This document shows, piece by piece, positions 45,001 through 53,553 of a DNA stretch of 64,000 nt. The DNA comes from Mobula hypostoma (lineage: Eukaryota): positions 372,001 through 436,000 of the forward strand of contig NC_086109.1 in assembly GCF_963921235.1 (NCBI RefSeq), in the 5' to 3' direction. The notes below the pieces were generated by a model. The model saw only the letters and a list, made by a program, of their open reading frames with translations. It did not search any database and was not told the origin of the DNA. The first letter of the stretch is position 1. Each line of letters starts with the position of its first letter. The position numbers and the translations under genes are program-made.

Positions 45001-46598
45001 AGTGTAGAGGACTGTGTGATAGACAGTGTAGAGGCAGTGTGATGGACAGTGTCGAGGAAGTGTGAGTTGGGACAGTGCAGGGGGTGTGTGTGACGGGACA
45101 GTGTAGAGGAAGTGTGTGATGGGACAATGTAGCGGAGTGTGTGATGGACAGTGTAGAGGGAGTGTGTGATGGGACAGTGTAGAGGGAGTTTCACACTGTG
45201 TCTGACCCGCGTCCTGCGAGTGTGTGATGGGACAGTGTAGAGGGAGTGTGAGATGGACAGTGTCGAGGGAGTGTGTGCTGGGACACTGTAGAGGGAGTTT
45301 CACTCTGTGTCTCACCTGTGTCCCTAGAGTGTGTGATGGGACACTGTAGAGGGAGTTTGTGATGGGACAGTGTAGGGGGAGTGTGTGATGGGATAGTTTA
45401 GAGGGAGTGTGTGATGGGACAGTTTAGAGGGAACTTCACTCTGTGTCTGACCCGTGTCCTGGGAGTGTGTGATGGGACAGTGTAGAGGGAGGTTCATTCT
45501 CTGTCTGACCAGTGTCCTGGGAGTGTGTGATGGGACAGTGTAGAGGGAGTTTCACTCTGTGTCTGACCCGTGTCCTGGGAGTGCGTGATGGGACAGTGTA
45601 GAGGGAGGTTCATTCTCTGTCTGACCCGTGTCCTGGGAGTGTGTGTCGGGACAGTGTAGAGGGAGTGTGTGATGGGACAGTGTGGAGGGAGTGTGTGATG
45701 GACAGTGTAGCGGGAGTGTGTGATGGGACGGTGTAGAGGGAGTGTGTGATTGGACATTGTAGAGGGAGTGTGTGATTGGACAGTGTGTAGGGAGTGTGTG
45801 ATTGGACAGTGTAGCGGGAGTGTGTGATGGGACGGTGTAGAGGGAGTGTGTGATTGGACAGTGTAGAGGGAGTGTGTGATGGACAGTGTAGAGGGAGTGT
45901 GTGATGGGACAGTGTAGAGGGAGTGTGTGATGGGACCGTGTAGAGGGAGTGTGTGATGGGACAGTGTAGGGGGAGTGTGTGACGGGACGGTGTAGAGGGA
46001 GTGTGTGATGGGACGGTGTAGGGGTGTGTGTGATGGGACGGTGTAGAGGGAGTGTGTGATGGGACAGTGTAGGGGGAGTGTGTGATGGGACAGTGTAGGG
46101 GGAGTGTGTGATGGGACAGTGTAGAGCGAGTGTGTGATGGGACGGTTTAGAGGGAGTTTGTGATGGGACAGTCTAGGGGGAGTGTGTGATGGGACAGTGT
46201 AGAGGGAGTGTGTGATGGGACGGTGTAGAGGGAGTGTGTGATGGGACGGTGTAGAGGGAGTGTGTGATGGGACAGTGTAGGGGGAGTGTGTGATGGGACA
46301 GTGTAGAGGGAGTGTGTGATGGGACGGTGTAGAGGGAGTGTGTGATGGGACGGTGCAGAGGGAGTGTGTGATGGGACAGTGTAGGGGGAGTGTGTGATGG
46401 GACAGTGTAGAGGGAGTGTGTGATGGGACAGTGTAGGGGGAGTGTGTGATGGGACAGTGTAGAGGGAGTGTGTGATGGGACAGTGTAGAGGGAGTGTGTG
46501 ATGGGACAGTGTAGAGTAAGTGTGTGATGGGACTGTGTAGGGGGAGTGTGTGATGGGACAGTGTAGAGGGTGCCTCTCTCTGTGTCTGGCCGGTGCTC
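1..46598. repeat. Complex tandem satellite filling intron 3: 26-bp core GAGTGTGTGATGGGACAGTGTAGAGG, a 25-bp variant (GATGGACAG), and a 58-bp composite (core + 32-bp GAGTTTCACTCTGTGTCTGACCCGTGTCCTGG)
   Basis: Read directly. The array is uninterrupted and in one orientation from position 1 to a degenerate last unit (gtgcctctctctgtgtctggccggtgctc) ending about 10 nt from the exon 3 donor. Confidence 0.98.
11853..26330. repeat. Higher-order repeat within the satellite: ~2.75-kb sub-blocks alternating into a ~5.52-kb period
   Basis: Near-identical 82-aa pseudo-ORFs start at 11853, 14635, 17377, 20161, 22903 and 25603 (spacings 2782, 2742, 2784, 2742, 2700). The pairs 15278/20804, 15997/21523 and 18156/23682 are each 5526 apart. 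Confidence 0.9.
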
Positions 46599-46608
46599 AG
46601 TTGCTTAC

Positions 46609-47037
46609 CGTTGGGTTGGACACTCAGATCCACCAGTGAGACGCTCTTTTCCTTGATCTTCTGCCATTGTCCATCCGGGTCCTGGAGCCATTGTGCAGCC
46701 ACACAGTCGTAGCGGCCGGCATCCTCCGTCCGAACATGCTGGAGGTGGAGGTGGTAGGAGTCGTGCCCCAGCCTCTGCAGCCCGACCTCCCCCTGTATGA
46801 AGCGGCTCCAGAAGGGTCCCCCTGGTTCGGAACTCAGCACCTGGTCCCGGTCCAGCCCTGCTACCATCCGCTGTGCACGCCTGTCCCCAGTCACCAGCAG
46901 TAAGTGCACGGACAGGTGTGTGTGTAGTGCTGACAGCGAGGCCGCCTGGCAACGGAGTGCAAAGGGCTTACCCTCCTGGAGGGAGAGGGGGACTGGTGAC
47001 TCTTCTGGGGCTGTCAGCTGCAGAGTGTCCGGCAGTA
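46609..47037 (-). CDS. IGSF8: Exon 3: second Ig V-type domain of the EWI-family protein (VLPDTLQL...LRCQA...HTHLSV...EDAGRYDCVAAQWLQDPDGQWQKIKEK...VQPN)
   Basis: Acceptor ctctgtcccctgcccAG (AG at 47039-47038) and donor G|GTAAGC (GT at 46608-46607); 429 nt, phase 1-1. It has both Ig cysteines, D-x-G-x-Y-x-C, and the EWI-family domain-2 hallmarks VLPD, HTHL and WxQDPDGxW. Confidence 0.93.
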
Positions 47038-47379
47038 CTGGGCAGGGGACAGAGATGGAGAAGATGGGGAGTGTGGGGGGTTGGGGTTGTGGTTGGTGTT
47101 GGATGGGGCGGAAATTGGGAAGGGTGAGCAGGGAGTGGGAATTGCCGAAGATATGCAGCGGGAGAGACAAAGAGAACAATGATTAGTTACAATGAGACAC
47201 ACATCATCCACATCCCTTAGACCAGAATCCATCCCATTCAGTTTCACTGTTCGCACTGCCATTGGACCCATCTCTCAACAGTCACTCCCAGTGTCCACAT
47301 CCCTAATAGGTAAGGGTGTCTCAGATCATGTCCACAGCATTCTAAAGAGGAAGTGTTGTACATATCAAACTAACAACAT

Positions 47380-48325
47380 TGGTAGGAAAAGGGAGGAGAT
47401 CCAGAAGAGAGATTCTTGGGAGCTAGGTAGGAAGCTGAGAAGCAGGACCACCAGCGTAGTAATCTCTGGATTGTTGCCTGTGCCGTGCGCCAGTGAGGGT
47501 GAGAATAGGATCAGTTGGTAGATGAATGCATGGCTGAAGAATTAGTGCAGGAGGCAGGGTTTCAGATTTCTGGGTCATTGAATTCTCTTCTGGAGAAGGT
47601 ACAACAGTGTGCAGTGAGACTGAAGAAGGACATACAGAGTAAAAGATGGGCAAGAGTGGATATCAGACTGCTGGGAAATATGCTGGAGAGGTAGTAATGG
47701 AGGACGAGGAAATGGCAGAGGAATATAATAATGAACATAATAGGGGCCAGAAGTGTGTGAAGTTGCCATTACTAGGGAGAAAGATCTTGGGAATTGAAAG
47801 ATCTGAAGGTAGATAAGTCACCAGGAGCAGATGGTATACACTCCAGGGAAGAGGTGGTTGAAGAGGTTGTGGCATTAGTAATGATCTTTTAAGGATGACC
47901 AGATTCTGGCATGGTTCCAGAGGACTGGAAAATTGCAAATGTCCCTCCACTCATCAAGAAGGGAGAGAGGCAGAAGGAAGGAAATTAGTCTGACCTCAAT
48001 GGTTGGGAGGATGTTGGAGTTTATTGTTAAGGCTGTGGTTTCAGGGTACTTGGAGGTACATGCTAAAACAGGCTGTAGTCAGTATCATTTCCTGAAGGGA
48101 AAATCTTGCCTGACAAACCTGTTGAAACTCTTTGAAGACATGACAAGCAAGACAGATGAAGTAGAGTCAGCTGATGATGGGTACTTGGATTTTCAGAAGG
48201 CCTTTTACAAGGGGCCATATAAGACTGCTGAACAAGATATTACAGGAAAGATATGAGCATGGATAGAGCATTGGCTGACTGGCAGGAGGAAAAAGGTGGG
48301 AATAAAGGGAGCCCTTTCTGTTTGG
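47380..48325 (+). mobile_element. Old, internally deleted CR1-type LINE fragment (ORF1 esterase remnant plus ORF2 pre-RT/RT remnants)
   Basis: Remnants include ELGRKLRSRTTSVVISGLLPVP (CR1 ORF1 SGNH-esterase-like), PEDWKIANV, ISLTSMVGRMLE, KGKSCLTNLL and YLDFQKAF, with stops and frameshifts. Boundaries are approximate. Confidence 0.8.
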
Positions 48326-48339
48326 AGTGTGGTGAGGAT

Positions 48340-48623
48340 GCTTAAGAAGCTAGAAAAGAACTCTCAAGAAGGTAATTCGGGGAGCTAGGAGGGGCCATGA
48401 AAATTCCTTGGCGAGTAGGATTAAAGGCAATATGGCCTTCTATATATACACAAAAAGAAAGAAGATAATTAGGATCACACAAGGATAATGGAGTGCTCAT
48501 ATGCTTGGTGGGCAAGGTCCTAAATGAGAACCTTGGGTCAATATTTACCATGCAGAAGGACATGGAGATCAGTATGGAATGTAAAGCATTTTGATATAAT
48601 GTAAAATATCATGCTGTGTCTCT
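48340..48623 (+). mobile_element. Old CR1 LINE, left part (ORF2 linker region), interrupted at ~48624
   Basis: Degraded 'EARKEL..KVIRGARRGHENSLASRIK' matches the intact 'EARKELKKRLRRARRGHEKALASRVKE' of the neighbouring minus-strand CR1. It continues collinearly at 52075. Confidence 0.7.
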
Positions 48624-50258
48624 TAACATAGAACATAGAATAGTACAGCACAGTACAGGCCCTTCGGCCCACAATGTTGTGCCGACCTGCAAACCCTGCC
48701 TCCCATATAAGCCCCCACCTTAAATTCCACCATATACCTGTCTAGTAGTCTCTTAAACTTCACTAGTGTATCTGCCTCCACCACTGACTCAGGTAGTGCA
48801 TTCCACGCACCAACCACTCTCTGAGTAAAAAACCTTCCTCTAATATCCCCCTTGAACTTCCCACCCCTTACCTTAAAGCCATATCCTCTTGTATTGAGCA
48901 GTGGTGCCCTGGGGAAGAGGCGCTGGCTATCCACTCTATCTATTCCTGTTATTATCTTGTACACCTCTATCATGTCTCCTCTCATCCTCCTTCTCTCCAA
49001 AGAGTAAAGCCCTAGCTCCCTTAATCTCTGATCATAATGCATACTTTCTAAGCCAGGCAGCATCCTGGTAAATCTCCTCTGTACCCTTTCCAATGCTTCC
49101 GCATCCTTCCTATAGTGAGGTGACCAGAACTGGACACAGTACTCCAAGTGTGGCCTAACCAGAGTTTTATAGAGCTGCATCATTACATCGCGACTCTTAA
49201 ACTCTATCCCTCGACTTATGAAAGCTAATACCCCATAAGCTTCCTTAACTACCCTATCCACCTGTGAGGCAACTTTCAGGGATCTGTGGACATGTACCCC
49301 GAGATCCTTCTGGTCCTCCACACTACCAAGTATCCTGCCATTTACTTTGTACTCTGCCTTGGAGTTTGTCCTTCCAAAGTGTACCACCTCACATTTCTCC
49401 GGGTTGAACTCCATCTGCCACTTCTCAGCCCACTCCTGCATCCTATCAATGTCTCTCTGCAATCTTTGACAATCCTCTACACTATCTACAACACCACCAA
49501 CCTTTGTGTTGTCTGCAAACTTGGCAACCCACCCTTCTACCCCTACATCCAGATCATTAATAACAATCACGAAAAGTAGAGGTCCCAAAACAGATCCTTG
49601 TGGGACACCACTAGTCACAATCCTCCAATCTAAATGTACTCCCTCCACCACCACCCTCTGCCTTCTGCAGGCAAGCCAATTCTGAATCCACCTGGTCAAA
49701 CTTCCCTGGATCCCATGCCTTCTAACTTTCTGAATAAGCCTACCGTGTGGAGCCTTGTCAAATGCCTTACTAAAATCCATATAGATCACATCCACTGCAC
49801 TACCCTCATCTATATGCCTGGTCACCTCCTCAAAGAACTCTATCAGGCTTGTTAGACACGATCTGCCCTTCACAAAGCCATGCTGACTGTCCCTGATCAG
49901 ACCATGATTCTCTAAGTGCCTATAGATCCTATCTCTAAGAATCTTTTCCAACAGCTTTCCCACCACAGGCGTAAGGCGCACTGGTCTATAATTACCCAGA
50001 CTATCCCTACTACCTTTTTTGAACAAGCGGACAACATTCGCCTCCCTCCAATCCTTTTCCGTGGTACCATTCCCGGGTACCATTCCCGTGGACAACGAGG
50101 ACATAAAGATCCTAGCCAGAGGCTCAGCAATCTCTTCTCTCGCCTCGTGGAGCAGCCTGGGGAATATTTCGTCAGGCCCCGGGGATTTATCTGTCCTAAT
50201 GTATTTTAACAACTCCAACACCTCCTCTCCCTTAATATCAACATGCTCCAGAACATCA
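48624..50258 (-). mobile_element. Young 5'-truncated CR1 LINE, 3' part: reverse transcriptase domain and 3' tail
   Basis: The 532-aa open frame contains DKSPGPD, NYRP, QHGFVKGRSCLT, YMDFSKAFDK, GVPQGSVLGP, KFADNTK and LVRPHLEYCVQFW. The minus-strand 3' end is GGGCCGAAGGGCCTGTACTGTGCTGTACTATTCTATGTTCTATG. Confidence 0.95.
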
Positions 50259-51307
50259 GTGGTGGTAGAGAATTGCTTCTCTGAGTGGAGGCCTCTGACT
50301 AGTGGTGTGCCTCAGGGATCAGTGCTGGGTCTCATTGTTATTTGTCATCTATATCAATGATCTGGATGATAATGTGGTAAATTGGATCAGCAAATTTGCT
50401 GATGATACTAAGATTGGAGGTGTAGTAGACAGTGAGGAAGGTTTTCAGAGCCTGCAGAGGGACTTGGACCAGCTGGAAAAATGGGATGAAAAATGGCAGA
50501 TGGAGTTTAATACAGACAAGTGTGAGGTATTGCACATTGGAAGGACAAACCAAGGTAGAACTTACAGGGTTAATGGTAAGGCACTGAGGAGTGCAGTAGA
50601 ACAGAGGGATCTGGGAATACAGATACAAAATTCCCTAAAAGTGGCGTCACAAGTAGATAGGGTCGTAAAGAGAGCTTTTGGTACATTGGCCTTTATTTAT
50701 CAAAGTATCGAGTATAAGAGCTGGAATGTTATAATGAGGTTGTATAAGGCATTGGTGAGGCCGAAATGGAGTATTGTGTTCAGTTTTGGTCACCAAATTA
50801 CAGGAAGGGTATAAATAAGGTTGAAAGAGTGCAGAGAAGGTTTACAAGTATGTTGCCAGGACGTGAGAAACTCAGTTACAGAGAAAGGTTGAATAGGTTA
50901 GGACTTTATTCCCTGGTGCGTAGAAGAATGAGGGGAGATTTGATAGAGGTATATAAAATTATGATGGGTATAGATATAGTGAATGCAAGCAGGCTTTTTC
51001 CACTGAGGCAAGGGGAGAAAAAAACCAGAGGACATGGGTTAAGGGTGAGGGGGGAAAAGTTTAAAGGGAACATTAGGGGGGGCTTCTTCACACAGAGAGT
51101 GGTGGGAGTATGGAATGAGCTGCCAGATGAGGTGGTAAATGTGGGTTCTTTTTTAACATTTAAGAATAAATTGGACAGATACATGGATGGGAGGTGTATG
51201 GAGGGATATGGTCCGTGTGCAAGTCAGTGGGACTAGGCAGAAAATGGTTCGGCACAGCCAAGAAGGGCCAAAAGGCCTGTTTCTGTGCTGTAGTTTCTAT
51301 GGTTTCT
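50259..51307 (+). mobile_element. 5'-truncated CR1 LINE (RT C-terminal part plus 3' tail) inserted into the minus-strand CR1
   Basis: Encodes GVPQGSVLG, KFADDTK and EYCVQFWSP across two frameshifts (~50333 and ~50765). It ends in GGCCTGTTTCTGTGCTGTAGTTTCTATGGTTTCT and is flanked by ATCA at 50255-50258 and 51308-51311. Confidence 0.93.
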
Positions 51308-52074
51308 ATCAACTTCACTCATATTGTCCTCACCAACAAGTTCCCTCTCATTGGTGAATAACGAAGAAAAGTATTCATTGAGGACCTCGCTCATTTTCAC
51401 AGCCTCCAGGCACACCTTCCCACCTTTATCTCTAATCGGTCCTACCTTCACTCCTGTCATCATTTTTTTCTTCACATAGTTGAAAAATGCCTTGGGGTTT
51501 TCCTTTACCCTACTCGCCAAGGCCTTCTCATGCCCCCTTCTTGCTCTTCTCAGCCTCTTCTTAAGCTCCTTTCTTGCTTCCCTATATTCCTCAATAGACC
51601 CATCTGATCCTTGCTTCCTAAACCTCATGTATGCTGCCTTCTTCCACCTGACTAGATTTTCCACCTCACTTGTCACCCATGGTTCCTTCACCCTACCATT
51701 CTTTATCTTCCTCACCGAGACAAATTTATCCCTAACATCCCGCAAGAGATGTCTAAACATTGACCACATGTCCATAGTACATTTCCCTGCAAAAACATCA
51801 TCCCAATTCACACCCGCAAGTTCTAGCCTTATAGCCTCATAATTTGCCTTTCCCCAATTAAAAATTTTCCTGTCCTCTCTGATTCTATCCTTTTCCATGA
51901 TAATGCTAAAGGCCAGGGAGCGGGGGTCACTGTCCCCCAGACGCTCACCCACTGAGAGATCTGTGACCTGACCCGGTTCATTACCTAGTACTAGATTTAG
52001 TATGGCATTCCCCCTGGTCGGCCTGTCCACATACTGTGACAGGAATCCGTCCTGGACACACTTAACAAACTCTG
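51308..52074 (-). mobile_element. Young CR1 LINE, 5' part (end of the APE-type endonuclease plus linker)
   Basis: EFVKCVQDGFLSQYVDRPTRGNAILNLVL...LGDSDP...FNWGKANY...LNEYFSSLFT. It joins the 48624-50258 part in frame once 50259-51311 is removed. Confidence 0.93.
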
Positions 52075-52980
52075 AATAACATTAAAATGGATATGTCCTC
52101 ACATTCTGATGGAATATACCCCAGGTTATTGAGAGAGGGTGGAGATTTGATTGCTGGTGTCTTGACCAAGAGCTTAGTGTCCTCTTTAGCCACAGGAAAG
52201 ATCCTGAAGGATTTAGAAACACAGAAACATAGAAAACCTACTGCACAATACTGATTTCTGAGTAGTTGTTCTATTATTCAAGAGGAGAAGTAAAGCTAGT
52301 GCAGGAAACTATAGCCTGGTAAGTCTCATCTTAGTGGTCGGCAAGTTCTGCAGAGGATTCTTATGGATAGGATTTATGAGCATTTGGGAAACAATGGCTT
52401 AGTTAGGGAGAGTCAGTATGTCTTTGTGTGGGGCAAATAGTGTCTTACTAACTTGATTGAGTCTTTTATGGAGGTGAGGAGGATGATTGATGAAGGTAAA
52501 GCCCCGGATGTTGGCTACATGTATTTTAGTAAGGTGTTTGACAAGGTCTCTTATGAGAGGCTCATCCATGAGATTAAGAACAAGTTGGACTGTTTTCTCT
52601 GGAGCGGCAGAGTCTGGGGAGAAATCCGATGGAAGTTTGTAAGTTTATGTGAGGCAAAGATGGAGCAGACAGCTGGTATCTTTTTCCCAGAGCTGGAAGA
52701 TCCAATACTAGAGGTCACGTGTTTAAGGTGAGGGAGGGCAAGTTCAAAACATATGTGCAGGACAAGTTTTATTTTACACAGAGTGCGGTGGGTACTTGGA
52801 ATATGCTGTAGGAGTTGCAAGAACAATGGAGGTGGTTAAGGGGTCCTCAGAGAGGCACCTAGAGGGATGTGGACATTGGATCGGCAGAAGGAATTAGTTC
52901 AGTTAGTCATTTAAATAATAATTTAATCAGTTTGGCACAAAATTGTTGGCCAAAGAGCCTCTCCCTATTCTGCATTCTAC
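52075..52980 (+). mobile_element. Old CR1 LINE, right part (degraded RT with internal deletion, 3' tail)
   Basis: NIKMD...DGIYPRLLRE and IDEGKAPDVGYMYFSKVFDKV are recognisable. A degenerate tail (ggcacaaaattgttggccaaagagcct...ttctgcattctac) ends ~30 nt from the exon 2 donor. Confidence 0.82.
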
Positions 52981-53011
52981 AGAACCGCCCTGTTCCAGTT
53001 TCCCAGCCTAC

Positions 53012-53386
53012 CTCTCAGCGTGACATAGGCCCTGTCCGGATCGTGGTGTCTCCCAGCCGCTGGAGGGACACAACATTCCAAATCGCCCGCATCAGTTTTG
53101 CGAAGCTTCCTTATGAGTAGCTGGACGGAGCTTGGAGAGGTGCGTCTGATGTGGATTTCCCCCGCCAGTACTCTGTGCTGGAAGCTAGCATGGGTAAATG
53201 CTTCATTCCGAGTGCTGATCAAACCCATTTTCAGTGGGGGCTCTGAGGGATGAAGCAGGGACCATTCAAAATCCAGCCCATCAGACCCCTTGTAGTGTGA
53301 CACATTGCAGGAGAGTGAGACGTGGCTTCCCTCAACCCTGTGGAGGGGCCCTTGAGGAACGGCAACTCTTGACAACTTCGCCAATG
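53012..53386 (-). CDS. IGSF8: Exon 2: end of signal peptide plus first Ig V-type domain (ALAKLSRVAVPQGPLHRVEGSHVSLSCNVS...FEWS...TDAGDLECC...YVTLR)
   Basis: Acceptor tatttcccttacAG (AG at 53388-53387) and donor G|GTAGGC (GT at 53011-53010); 375 nt, phase 1-1. The VPxGPLxRVxG..VSxSCNV..Y.G....FEW pattern is typical of EWI-family domain 1, and an NVS sequon is present. Confidence 0.93.
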
Positions 53387-53419
53387 CTGTAAGGGAAATA
53401 CGGTCACAAGAACAGGCTT

Positions 53420-53553
53420 CACACCGTCTGCACTCCCAACGGGCCCCACCCTTCCCACTCACCACCACCATCCACACTCCCAACGGGCCCCACCCTTCCC
53501 ACTCACTTCCACCGTCCACACTCCCAACGGGCCCCACCCTTCCCACTCACTAC
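53420..53553. repeat. 44-bp minisatellite, 3 copies (CACTCCCAACGGGCCCCACCCTTCCCACTCAC...)
   Basis: Unit starts at 53431, 53475 and 53519. It resumes in degenerate form after the hAT insertion. Confidence 0.85.

Noticed and set aside
23..45315. Dozens of minus-strand His/Pro/Thr/Ser-rich ORFs up to 640 aa
   Set aside because: They are translations of the satellite. The 26-mer has no stop on that strand, so overlapping ORFs open in all frames, mostly from non-ATG starts.
1..46598. 32-bp insert alternating with variable-length segments, superficially CRISPR-like
   Set aside because: The 'spacers' are just more 26-mer copies, there are no cas genes, and the context is a spliced vertebrate gene.
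1..46598. GACAGTG/CACTGTC resembling the V(D)J RSS heptamer next to Ig-domain exons
   Set aside because: It is not the CACAGTG consensus, no ACAAAAACC-like nonamer lies at 12/23 spacing, and the Ig exons are ordinary spliced EWI exons rather than rearranging segments.
47038..47179. N-terminal extension of the 561-aa ORF (and similarly 53387-53546 of the 189-aa ORF)
   Set aside because: These lie upstream of clear polypyrimidine-AG acceptors; they are intronic, in-frame by chance and low complexity.
48623..50221. 532-aa RT ORF as an active LINE or domesticated gene
   Set aside because: It is 5'-truncated, interrupted by another element, has a non-ATG start, and the catalytic FADD is changed to FADN.
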